Assembly (NCBI RefSeq): GCF_032444005.1
Contig: NC_091282.1
Span: 766,444,001-766,508,000, forward strand
Reading direction: 5' to 3'
Source of the DNA: Ranitomeya imitator
Lineage: Eukaryota
Length of the DNA stretch: 64,000 nucleotides
Shown piece by piece: positions 13,009-23,382 of this stretch. The notes beneath the pieces were generated by a model. The model worked only from the letters and a program-made list of their open reading frames with translations. It searched no databases and was not told where the DNA came from. Made by a program: the position numbers and the translations under genes. Numbering within the stretch: position 1 is the first letter of the stretch; each line of letters opens with the position of its first letter.

Positions 13009-13191
13009 CACATAAGACTCCAACGGGAAATGCAGCTTCTTGTCAGAAGGTTCGGACAGAGACCCCACAACCTGGAGCAGTCCCGCTCTGGTGTCACCGC
13101 TGGCCGCCTCCAGTACCGACTGCTCCTCCTCCTCCTCGACTCCTTCTTCTGCTTCCTCCAGCGACGCTCCGGACACACAAGACGACAGATA
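13009..13191 (-). CDS. AK7: AK7 exon 2 (YLSSCVSGASLEEAEEG...LQVVGSLSEPSDKKLHFPLESYV)
   Basis: 183 bp, cag/gtaatg boundaries; acidic stretch as in AK7. Confidence 0.95.
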
Positions 13192-13530
13192 CTGCGACAG
13201 GAAGGAAAGCAGATCAAGTCCCTCCAGGAAAAGAACACAGAGCATGTCCCCGATCTGCTTCCTATCACAGGGAGGACGAGGTATAGACACAGCACAGCGC
13301 CCCCACCGGCCATAGGTTGGGTATGGTATTGCAGCTCTACTAGAGCTGAGCTACAACACCAGACAAGACTGCTGGATACGAGAGGCGCAGGATTGGGAGT
13401 AAACAACTGATTCTCAATGCTACGGCTGTGGTCCTCCAATCCCATGACAGATGGGGGGCCGACTTCTGAGACTCCCCACCGATCCTGACAACTAGGGGGA
13501 TCCAGAGCTGGTATACCACCCAGCTGTGCC

Positions 13531-14100
13531 AAGGATCCGCAGCTGACCCTGTTTCTTGCAGAGCATCGCTTCCGTCCACCCGGCTGTTCCCAGGATCCGC
13601 AGCTGACCCCCTTTCCTGCTAAGCAACACTCCCTACGACCTGGCTGTGACCAGGATCCGCAGCTGACCCCCTTTCCTGCAGAGTAACGCTCCCGACCACC
13701 TGGCTGTGACCAGGATCAGCAGCTGACCCCCTTTCCTGCAGAGCATCGCTCCCGTCCACCCAGCTGTTCCCAGGATCCGCAACTGACCCCCTTTACTGCA
13801 GAGCATCGCTCCCGACCACGCGGGTGTGCCCAGGATCCGCAGCTGACCCCCTTTCCTGCAGAGCGTCGCTCCCGATCCTCCGGCTATACCCAGAATCCGC
13901 AGCTGACCCCCTTTCCTGCAGAGCATCGCTCTCGACCACCCGGCTGTGCCCAGGATCCACAGCTGACCTCTTTTCTGCAGAGTATCACTCACACCCACCC
14001 GGTCGTGCCCAGGATCCGCAGCTGACCCCCTTTCCTGCAGAGTGTCGCTCCCGATCACCTGGCTGTGCCCATGATCCACAGCTGACCCCCTTTTCTGCAG
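13531..14100. repeat. 60-bp minisatellite, about 9-10 units, in AK7 intron 1
   Basis: Unit AGGATCCGCAGCTGACCCCCTTTCCTGCAGAGCATCGCTCCCGACCACCCGGCTGTGCCC repeats with a 60-bp period. Confidence 0.95.
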
Positions 14101-14272
14101 GGGTGGACGGGGTCAGGTGAGGGCCCAGGACTGGTGAGTATCACGTGATAATATGTTTAACTCCTTCCTTCCCCTTACACATAGATGTGAAATGCTAGAC
14201 ATTATTATGGGATTGCTATTCACACTGACAGACCTAGATCTGGAGATCATACAGTCTAACTGCCGCCGTTAC

Positions 14273-14359
14273 CTGGCCGATGTTCCGCGCCACGTAAGAA
14301 TCTAAGTTATTGATGAAGATCCTTTTAGGTCTCACGATTCTTTCCCCTTCTTCCGCCAT
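14273..14359 (-). CDS. AK7: AK7 exon 1, coding part (MAEEGERIVRPKRIFINNLDSYVARNIGQ)
   Basis: caacATGG start and CAG/gtaacg donor; matches the AK7 N-terminus RVFINLLDSYSSGNIGK. Confidence 0.94.
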
Positions 14360-14370
14360 GTTGTTCTGCT

Positions 14371-14439
14371 GGTTGCTAAGATCGCAGCGGTCGCTAGGGG
14401 GCGGGGCGTAAGTGTCGCTTTCCGCGTTGCCATGGTAGC
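14371..14439 (-). promoter_or_regulatory. AK7 proximal promoter: RFX X-box, X-box half-site and GC box
   Basis: GTTGCCATGGTAGC at 14426-14439, GGTTGCTAAG at 14371-14380 and GGGGCGGGG near 14398, in a CpG-rich patch just upstream of the ATG. Confidence 0.7.
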
Positions 14440-14949
14440 TTGAAACCCGCGCTAGTCAGGCGCCACCAGGGACACCTACAGCAGGCGGTTCTCGGGGCTT
14501 CCCAGAAACAGGCAGCGCGACGGACACCCATGCTATTAACAGTGAGGTCTGACGCTGCTGCGCAGTGCGCGGGCCCGGGGCGGGAGGTGTGCTGCTGTCT
14601 CTGACCCTCCCCGTCAAACGCAGTTTTTTCTTTCAACTATTCAGCACTGTTAATATATCTGCTTGCTGTCAGTGAAAGAGACCAATTTTTTTAACACCCT
14701 TTAAGAGTAGACCTTTTTTTTACCCTTTAGAGCAAGTCCTCCCCCAGGTATTTTGTTGTACACAAATTTTTTGGTGCAAATGTTAAGTTAGTGCAACTTT
14801 GTACTGAATCATGCAAGGTTATGTTCTAAAAGGTGACCCAGTGCAGCCAGTCGGGCCCTGCTGCTTGTCCGAGGTGTGTGCAAAGAAAGAGAGCAGTGAG
14901 GGAGACTGCTGTACTGATAGATTGCCTAGGCAGAGGACAACCCCCTTAA

Positions 14950-15495
14950 AGGGAACCGGTCACCCCCCCAGGCGTTTGTAACTAAAAGAGCCACCTTGTG
15001 CAGCACTGATGCTGCATTCTGACAAGGTGGCTCTTTTAGTTATGCTCCCTGTACACGCTGAAATAATCACTTATAAAATGTGCCCCCTCTTACCCTGAAA
15101 TGTTCCCGGAGGCGGGTCTTACCTTGCTAATCAGATGCATCACAGCCGTCACTCCGGACCTGTGCGCGCCGGGCGCCGCCTCCTCTTGCTTCATTATCGT
15201 CCCCGGCGCCTGCGCTGTTATTTTTTTTTTTTAGGCATGCGCAGTTGCACTGCCCTTCATACTTACAGCGCAGGCATGGGGACGATAATGCAGCAAGTGG
15301 AGGCGGCGCACCTGATTAGGGGGGAAAGTCCCGCCCCAAAAACGATTTCACGGTAAGAGGGGGCACATTTCATAAGTGATTATTTCAGCGTGTACAGGGA
15401 ACTAAAAGAGCCACCTTGTTAGAATGCAGCATCAGTGCTGCACAAGGTGGCTCTTTTAGTTACAAATGCCTGGGGGGGGGGGTGACAGGTTCCCT
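14950..15495. mobile_element. T2/Kolobok-type MITE
   Basis: Long TIRs starting AGGGAACC(G/T)GTCACCCCCC, with TTAA at both flanks. Confidence 0.85.
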
Positions 15496-15686
15496 TTAAA
15501 AGAGCATTTTGTTATTTTTCACAATATTAGTGAATCTGTGTGAACTAATTTCTAGCAAAAAAAATTGCAACAAATACCGGAAGACAAAAAAAAAGTCACA
15601 AATGATGTCTTGGCCTTGATTTTTTTTTTAAGTTTTATGTGGATTTTTCTGCTAAAAAAAAAAAAAAAAATCTGTGTGAAAAGAGA

Positions 15687-16180
15687 ATTAGACTTAGGCC
15701 GGGATCACACATGCGAGAAACACGTCCGTGTCTCGCATGTGAAATCCAAGCTCTGGCGCCGACACTCCAGAGCGGAGCGTGCGGCTCCATGTGTTGCTAT
15801 GCGGCCGCACGCTCCGCTCCACAGTGCCGGCATCAGAGCTTGGATTTCACATGCGAGACACGGACGTGTTTCTCGCATGTGTGATCCCGGCCTTACCGGT
15901 AATTTGATTTCTAGGAACCCTCCACGACAGCACCATAGGAGGATACTGCCCATCCTGATAGGGACAGGAAACACAAAGAGGTCAAATAGCCCCCCCCCCA
16001 TTTTCCCCAGTGTGTTTATAAAGCACTACACAGGTATGAATGCTTTAATATTTATTTACATCACCCACAAAAACAATAGGGTCGGACTACCTCTGCTGTC
16101 GTGGAGGGTTCCTAGAAATCAAAGTACCAGTAAGTCTAATTCTATATTCGCTAATCACCCTCCACAACTGCACCATGGGA
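15687..16180. mobile_element. Miniature DIRS-terminus-derived element
   Basis: Inverted repeats ATTAGACTTA..CCGGTAATTTGATTTCTAGGAACCCTCCACGACAGCA and its reverse complement ending at 16140; resembles the DIRS-B ITR/ICR; no ORF. Confidence 0.55.
15697..15892. mobile_element. PIF/Harbinger-type MITE nested in the mini-DIRS
   Basis: Near-perfect palindrome, TIR GGCCGGGATCACACATGCG, TSD TTA/TTA. Confidence 0.85.
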
Positions 16181-17789
16181 GGAATGCCAAAGAATCATTT
16201 TTAGGGAGGGACAAAGGCCAATACAGTATTAGACATTAAATCTAGTCTAGACAAAATAGCAAACCAAAGAATTGCACAATCATAAAAACTATATATAATA
16301 TACTAAAAAATCAATATAAAATATAGATGCAATCGTATGGCCACTATAAATTATGAATGGCAGACCATTCGGAATTTTGAATAAAAAAGACCCCAAAATG
16401 AAAATCAAATATATATTAATGTATATCAAAAATGGAGAAAGGCAAATAAGGTATAATAATTTATATCTTTATTAAATAACAAGGTGGCACTACAAAGATG
16501 TGCCTGTGCTTGGAGACACACTAAATATATATGTGCTAAAAAATAGCCTATAAAGAGAGCAATATTCTGATACTTATAGCACAAAGCAGTGAACGGACGC
16601 AACAGAAGGTATAATATAAATACTAATAAAAGACCGCTTTATTACTTGGACCTCGTGGCATGCAAAGGTGTATGTAGGACACATACATGCATATAAATGC
16701 AGGGGGAACCTAAAGTATAGAACCTAAGTACTCCAGGGCATATACATCAAGTGCAAATTACTAATAATTTCTATACACAATATAACAATAAGTGCGTGAT
16801 ATAAAATCATCAAAGAAAATATAATGTAAATGTGTATGTAAAACCACACAGTAATAAAGTGCCACAGTGCAAAAAAATGTATACCCCTTGTATGTATATA
16901 TATATATATGCCCAAACGAATGGGAGGGACTGGCAGCAAAAGCCAACCACTACAACCTAGATCCGTCTGTCAATACAGCATCCGTGTGCCCCAAACACAC
17001 ACCAAAGACCGCCAGGCTCCAAGCAATATAATATATAGTGCTTATAATACATCATGGTCACTACCTCACGATGGTCCGTTCCTCCAAGCATAGGAACACA
17101 TGCAGCCGCACGCTCCGCTCCGGAGTGCCGGCACCAGAGCTTCATTTCCACATGCGAGACACGGACGTGTTCCTCGCAAGTGAAAACAAGCCCTAAGGGT
17201 CAGACTGCTCCTCCATGGAGATCTTCCTTTCTCAGTCGCCCATGACAGCACTACCAGAGAGAGAGGGAATCCGCCCTTCAGGACAGGAAACCTACAGGAT
17301 AAAAAGGGCGGTACCTCTCTCCTGCGTCAGTTTGGTTTCCTGTCCTGACAGGGAACCCTCTAGGATGGTACCTGAAGATCCGGAGCCGACCAGTCGACCT
17401 ATGACGGCGGGGAGGCCCCTGTCACGGCTGGCGCGGTATCCGACGCCGCCGCTTCTGGGTCCGATGGGGCTGCAGAGTGCGCGGAGGGAAGCGCGGCCGC
17501 CTCCCCAGATTGGGGTAGGGGCTTCGGGGACCCGGTGTGCCTCGACGGCAGAGGCACTTCCTGGTTCGGAGCGGTGGCGTGGTGTGTGTAAGGACACCAA
17601 GATGGCCACCGCACCGGATATAGAAAGCACTACTTCCGGGTCCCGGGCAGAGCGCGCATGCTCAGTGATCCAAGGGGGATCAGCGCTTTCCGGGAACGCA
17701 GCCCTGGAGGAGGGGGTGAATCGGCGCCAAAAGATATAGTATTTAAACACCGCTGTGGAACCGCTCCTTGCTGCATGCAGTCCTAATAA

Positions 17790-19351
17790 TGGAGGACAGC
17801 GACCAGCAGCTCCAGCAGGCGCAGCCCTTACAGCAGCAGCCACCGCAGCAGCAACGTCAGCGTCAGCGGCACCACCAGCGCAAGCCAGATGACCAAAAGA
17901 AAAGGTCCTCTGCAGGCACCCGCAGTACCCGTTCCAGCAGCCATTCCACGCCGCGGAGTAAAGCCAATATGCCTAACCAGTCGACACCACAGACTACGGA
18001 TCTGATACAGGATCCTATACCTCCTCCAGAACCGGTACCTGTGGCTGTGCAAGATGGGTGAGTGATCTTCGTGAAAGTTCACCAAATAATTGGGGTCCCC
18101 CTTTCCGTTTGTTTTTAGGCAAGAAAAAAAAAAACGGAGAAAACTAAGAATAGAGTCTGCCCCTTATGCAGTGAACCCCTGTTGCAAAACTGGGATAAGA
18201 AATTGTGTGGCTCCTGTATAGGACAAGTCCTTTGTGAAGAAACCCCTAGTTTCGCCTCTGAATTGCGATCTGTAATAAGATCAGAGGTGGAAACAGCATT
18301 TAAATCTCTTAAAGGGGAAGGGGTCAAGGAAAAAACACCTGTGCCCTATTCTCACTCTGATTCTTCTAGCCCTGAGGGGGACGCTTCAGACAGACAGGGT
18401 TCCTCCTCCTCCTCGGATTCTGAGAGCGGAGGCCGTCACTGCTTCCCATTAGACGAAGTAGATGCCCTTGTAAAGACCGTAAGATCAACCATGGGGGTTG
18501 TAGATCCACGTCCTGACAAAACAGTACAGGACATTATGTTTGGGGGCCTAGGACAGAAAAGGCGCAGAGTCTTTCCACTTAACGAGAATATTCAAGCATT
18601 AATTAAGAAAGAGTGGGAGAAACCAGAAAGGAAAAATTCATCCGTCCCCTCCCTTAGAAAATATCCCTTCGAGGAAGAGGCTTCTACGTCATGGGACAAG
18701 GCACCAAAACTCGACGTAGCAGTAGCCAAAGCGTCAAAAAAATTCGCATTGCCCTTTGAGGACATGGGAACTCTGAAGGATCCCCTCGATAAAAGAGCTG
18801 ATACTTTCCCTAAAGGGGCCTGGGAATCGGCAGGGGGGTGTCTAAGACCTGCAATAGCAGCCGCATGTACTTCCAGATCTTTAATGATTTGGATAGATAA
18901 CTTGGAAAAGCAACTAAAAGACGGCGTATCTAGACATAAAATGATTGAATCAATTCCCATGATTAGAGGGGCGGCAGCCTTTTTGGCAGATTCATCAGCC
19001 GATTCAGTCAAGCTTACTTCAAAATCGGCAGCCCTGTCCAATGCAGCTCGTAGGACGCTGTGGTTAAAAAGCTGACCGGGCGACCTACAAACCAAACAAA
19101 AACTCTGTTCAATTCCATGTGAAGGGAAATTCTTATTTGGGGAAACCCTAGATGACATTTTACAAAAAGTGGGGGATAAGAAAAAGGGGTTCCCTAACTT
19201 AGCCGCACCATTTGTTAGACGACCCTTTTGGAGTAGGAAGTTTTTTCGGAGACGTCCCCCAAGGGAACAGAACAGATGGGATGATGGGAGAAGGAAGGAT
19301 AGGGGCTTCCTCTTCGGTAATTCTCCAAGAGATAAAAAACCCCCTAAGTGA
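17790..19351 (+). pseudogene. DIRS-B gag (putative two-exon ORF; CPLC..CGSC zinc knuckle), premature TGA at 19073-19075
   Basis: ORF 18182-19075 continues in frame past the stop (WLKS*PGDLQ...). The upstream Q-rich ORF 17790-18057 ends at a splice-donor-like site. Confidence 0.75.
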
Positions 19352-21503
19352 CACCTTCCCCAGGGTGGGAGGGAGATTGTCTCAATACCTTCCGGCCTGG
19401 GAAAAAATTTCAACCAATTCTTGGATTTTAGATCTGATTTAGGCTACGTTCACATTAGCGACGCGCCCCTATGTTTAATATAGGGGACGCGTGCGTCTTT
19501 TTGCACGCGTTTTCCGACACGTGCGTCGTTTTAGACGCTAGCGTCGGACGCAAGAAAACGCTACAAGTTGCATTTTTCTTGCGTCCGATTTCGGCAAAAA
19601 ACGACGCACGCGTCGCAAAACGCGCGCGTTTTTCCGTGCGTCGCCGCTGCGTCGCCGACGCAACAGCGACGCGACGCTAATGTGAACGTAGCCAAAGATG
19701 GGACTTCAAATAAACTTTACCTCCCTTCCTCCCCAAAACTATGTGGTCACCCCACTAAAACCCTCACCTCAGCAACAACAGGCCTTGGAACAAGAAATTT
19801 CAAAGCTCATAATGAAAGATGTGATCCAAGAAGTTCCCCTACTGGAAAGAGGCAAAGGGTTCTTTTCCCCACTATTTCTGGTCCCAAAACCGGATGGTTC
19901 TTTCCGCACAATAATCAATTTACGGAAACTAAACAGTTATGTAAAAAATCAATCCTTCAAAATGGAATCAATAAAATCAACAATAAAAAACCTGTTTCCG
20001 AATTGCTTCATGATAGTGTTGGATCTCAGCGACGCGTACTATCATGTCCCCATCCACAAAAATGCCCAGAAATACCTCAGACTAGCGGTAGTCATGGGAG
20101 GAGAAATAAAACAATACCAGTACAAGGCCCTTCCATTTGGCATCTCGGTAGCGCCTCGTATATTTACCAAATTGGTAGCGGAAATGATGGCCCACATAAG
20201 AGAAAAAGACATTCTAATAATACCGTATCTGGACGACTTCCTGATTGTCAGCAACTCGGCCCAACATTGTCGCCAACAATGCGACAGAGTGATAAAAATC
20301 CTAACAGAGTTAGGTTGGCTCCTAAATCTCCAAAAGTCAAAACTAGAACCGACCAGGGTTCAAGAGTTTTTAGGCCTCACTTTGGACTCGATAACACAGG
20401 AATGTCGTCTTCCAGACCATCAAAAACAGAAAATATCAAATCTTGTGTCCAGAGCTCGTTCAAACCCTCATATGACCCTGAGAGGGGCGATGTCACTGCT
20501 GGGGTCCCTTTCTGCTTGTCTCCCGGCAATACAGTGGGCACAAATTCACACGAGGGATCTCTAGTGGGATATTCTGAGGAATCAGGTTACACTGGGGGGA
20601 CACCTAGAAGGAAACATGTCTCTAAATTCAAACACTATTCGTTCCCTAGCCTGGTGGTTAGATCCCAACAACCTATCAAAGGGGGTTCCGTGGGTAATAG
20701 ACACATCTCGGATAGTTACCACGGATGCCAGTCCCACGGGGTGGGGAGCTCACCTGGACGACAGTATCACTCAGGGGGTCTGGACAGATCAAGAATACGA
20801 GGTATCTTCAAATCAAAAAGAACTTTGGGCAGTGAGTCACGCTCTATCATATTTTCTTCCCAGCCTACAGGGGCATCATGTCCGGGTTTTTTCGGACAAT
20901 CAGGTAGTGGTAGCCTACCTGAACCATCAGGGGGGAACCAGATCCCAAGCCCTAATGAAGGCCACTTCCCAGATCTTCACATTAGCAGAAGTCAACTTCC
21001 TATCCCTCTCTGCGCTGCATATAAAGGGGGTAGAGAACCAAAAAGCAGACTTCTTAAGCCGTACCCGGTTAAAACAGGGGGAATGGGCACTAAACCAAAG
21101 CATCTTCGATCGGATCACCAAAATCTGGGGGGTTCCTGTAATAGATCTCTTTGCCAGTGCAGAAAACAGGAAAGTAAGGGAATTTTGTTCTCTGAGCCCC
21201 AGGGGGGGTCCTCGGGCTCTAGATACATTTACGATTCCATGGTCTCAGGGTCTAGCATACGCGTTTCCTCCTCACATTCTTATTCCGGCTGTTCTGCGGA
21301 AAATCAGGCAGGACAGGGCGAGAATCATCCTAATAGCCCCCTTCTGGCCCAAAAGGGTCTGGTTTTCCTGGCTGAGAATTCTATCGGTCTCCGATCCCTG
21401 GGTTCTCCCGGATCTTCCGGATCTCTTATACCAGGGACCGGTGTTCCACCCTCAGTCAACAAACCTCCACTTGACAGCGTGGAACTTGAAAGGTCACTAC
21501 TAA
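19212..21503 (+). pseudogene. DIRS-B pol: RT (YLDD), RNase H and adenine-methyltransferase-like domain; interrupted by a MITE and a TAG at 20562-20564
   Basis: ORFs 19212-19442, 19698-20564 and 20616-21503 share one frame; motifs LDLSDAYYH, PYLDDFLI, TTDASPTGWGA, DLFAS and YAFPP. Confidence 0.92.
19442..19693. mobile_element. PIF/Harbinger-type MITE inserted in DIRS-B pol
   Basis: TIR GGCTACGTTCACATT; 252 bp plus a 3-bp duplication (255 bp) restores the pol frame when removed. Confidence 0.88.
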
Positions 21504-22513
21504 GGGCAAGGGGCTTTTCAGATAATTTAGTGTCTACACTATTAAAAAGTAGAAAATCAGTAACAACTAAAATCTACGGTAAGACCTGGAAAAAGTTTTT
21601 GTCCACCTCTGGGGTAAAATTACAAAACGGGGTCCAAGTGGTCAAAATATTAGAATTTCTGCAAAAAGGCTTAGATATGGGCCTCTCGGTGAGCACCTTA
21701 AAAGTGCAAATAGCGGCCTTAGGTGCATTATACAGTGAGAGTATTGCCTCTAACCCATGGGTAACAAGGTTTATTAAAGCTGCGATACGGTCTAAACCTT
21801 TAAAAATCAGAAGCCTTCCGACCTGGGACTTAAATTTAGTCCTATCAGCTCTGACAGAACCTCCATTCGAGCCCATAGATTCATTACCACTTAAAATCTT
21901 ATCCTTCAAAACGGCCCTTCTCACAGCTTTGACAACTGCCCGTAGAATTAGTGACCTCCAGGCTCTATCTGCGAACCCTCCATTCACACAAATCATGGAT
22001 GATAGGGTAATACTAAAAACAGATCCCGCTTATCTACCCAAGGTTGCTTCCAATTTCCACAGGTCCCAAGAAATAATCCTTCCCTCCTTTTGTCCAAACC
22101 CTAAAAATAAAAAAGAGGAAAAGTTCCACACTCTAGATGTGAGAAGGTGTTTAATACACTACTTAGAATCCTCCCGACAGTATAGGAAGGAAGGGTCTCT
22201 CTTTATCTGTTTTCAGGGACCTAGGAAAGGACTCAAAGCCTCCAAAAGCACTATAGCTCGCTGGGTAACTGATGCGATAACCTTGGCATACTCGTCCACG
22301 GGAAACGCAGTTCCTGAAGGGCTCAAGGCACATTCTACAAGAGCCATGGCGACCTCCTGGGCCGAAAGGTCGGAGGTACCGATAGACAAAATCTGCAAGG
22401 CGGCCACCTGGTCATCACCTTCAACCTTCTTTAGGCACTACCGCTTAGACCTAGCCTCTTCGTCTGACTTAACCTTCGGAAGAAGGGTCTTGCAGGCTGT
22501 GGTCCCTCCCTAA
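19694..22513 (+). CDS. DIRS-B tyrosine recombinase ORF, overlapping pol in another frame
   Basis: Open frame with YR catalytic residues RRISDLQAL (R), HSTR (H-x-x-R) and FFRHY (Y); the true start codon is uncertain. Confidence 0.88.
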   Translation, partial: KDGTSNKLYLPSSPKLCGHPTKTLTSATTGLGTRNFKAHNERCDPRSSPTGKRQRVLFPTISGPKTGWFFPHNNQFTETKQLCKKSILQNGINKINNKKPVSELLHDSVGSQRRVLSCPHPQKCPEIPQTSGSHGRRNKTIPVQGPSIWHLGSASYIYQIGSGNDGPHKRKRHSNNTVSGRLPDCQQLGPTLSPTMRQSDKNPNRVRLAPKSPKVKTRTDQGSRVFRPHFGLDNTGMSSSRPSKTENIKSCVQSSFKPSYDPERGDVTAGVPFCLSPGNTVGTNSHEGSLVGYSEESGYTGGTPRRKHVSKFKHYSFPSLVVRSQQPIKGGSVGNRHISDSYHGCQSHGVGSSPGRQYHSGGLDRSRIRGIFKSKRTLGSESRSIIFSSQPTGASCPGFFGQSGSGSLPEPSGGNQIPSPNEGHFPDLHISRSQLPIPLCAAYKGGREPKSRLLKPYPVKTGGMGTKPKHLRSDHQNLGGSCNRSLCQCRKQESKGILFSEPQGGSSGSRYIYDSMVSGSSIRVSSSHSYSGCSAENQAGQGENHPNSPLLAQKGLVFLAENSIGLRSLGSPGSSGSLIPGTGVPPSVNKPPLDSVELERSLLRARGFSDNLVSTLLKSRKSVTTKIYGKTWKKFLSTSGVKLQNGVQVVKILEFLQKGLDMGLSVSTLKVQIAALGALYSESIASNPWVTRFIKAAIRSKPLKIRSLPTWDLNLVLSALTEPPFEPIDSLPLKILSFKTALLTALTTARRISDLQALSANPPFTQIMDDRVILKTDPAYLPKVASNFHRSQEIILPSFCPNPKNKKEEKFHTLDVRRCLIHYLESSRQYRKEGSLFICFQGPRKGLKASKSTIARWVTDAITLAYSSTGNAVPEGLKAHSTRAMATSWAERSEVPIDKICKAATWSSPSTFFRHYRLDLASSSDLTFGRRVLQAVVPP

Positions 22514-22532
22514 AGCAATGATCTCTGTAATT

Positions 22533-22615
22533 CTCTCTGGTAGTGCTGTCATGGGCGACTGAGAATACGGTAGTTACTTACCGATAACGGTATTTCTCAG
22601 AGCCCATGACAGCAC
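22533..22615. other. DIRS internal complementary region (ICR)
   Basis: The first half is the reverse complement of the element's left end and the second half of the right-end extension, joined as the circle junction. Confidence 0.92.
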
Positions 22616-23092
22616 CTGCTTATTCCCACCCTTTCAGGTGCGGTGAGCACCTTATTATATGAAATGTGTGTTTCTAATATTAGGCACGGTGTAATCCTGA
22701 TAAGTATTTTGTTAAAATTGTATATTTTCCTGTTGTCACTAACCTGGAGGACCTCTGATGCTATGTAAACCAAACTGACGCAGGAGAGAGGTACCGCCCT
22801 TTTTATCCTGTAGGTTTCCTGTCCTGAAGGGCGGATTCCCTCTCTCTCTGGTAGTGCTGTCAAAGCTCTCTCTGGTAGTGCTGTCATGGGCTCTGAGAAA
22901 TACCGTTATCGGTAAGTAACTACCGTATTTTTTCCCCTGATGGCGTTACTGGAAACGACTGGGAAAAAAGAGGCTTGGGATGACTGGACTTCCTGGTGGA
23001 CCATTCCCCTTAACTCTTCTATCAAAGAGGGCTGTTTCTCTTCAACATTTTTTTTTGTGTAATCTTGACACAGGCGTTTCTTGTGAGAAGAA

Positions 23093-23351
23093 GGTAGTTT
23101 ACACTTGGCGTAAGACAATACGGTCCGTATATTACAGGCGTAAGACAATACGGTCCGTATATTACAGCCGTAATACGCTGAAAAGTCCCCCAAATAGTGG
23201 TCCGTAGCTCCTCCGTAGGCAGGGTGTATCAGCGTATTTTGCGCATGGCATCCTCCGTATGTAATCCGTATGGCATCCGTACTGCGTGTTTTTCTCGCAG
23301 GCTTGCCAAACCAACATACGGCAATACAAGGGATCCATGTGTAAAAAAATA

Positions 23352-23382
<31 letters not shown>

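Larger units (their letters stand above)
17229..22929 (+). mobile_element. DIRS1-type retrotransposon copy B, full length
   Basis: Left ITR 17229-17340, right ITR plus extension about 22767-22929, ICR 22533-22615; gag, RT/RNase H/MT and YR present; T-rich ends. Confidence 0.96.

Noticed and set aside
19568-19693. N-terminus of the listed 981-aa ORF
   Set aside because: It starts at a TTG inside the inserted MITE, so it is not part of the native recombinase ORF.
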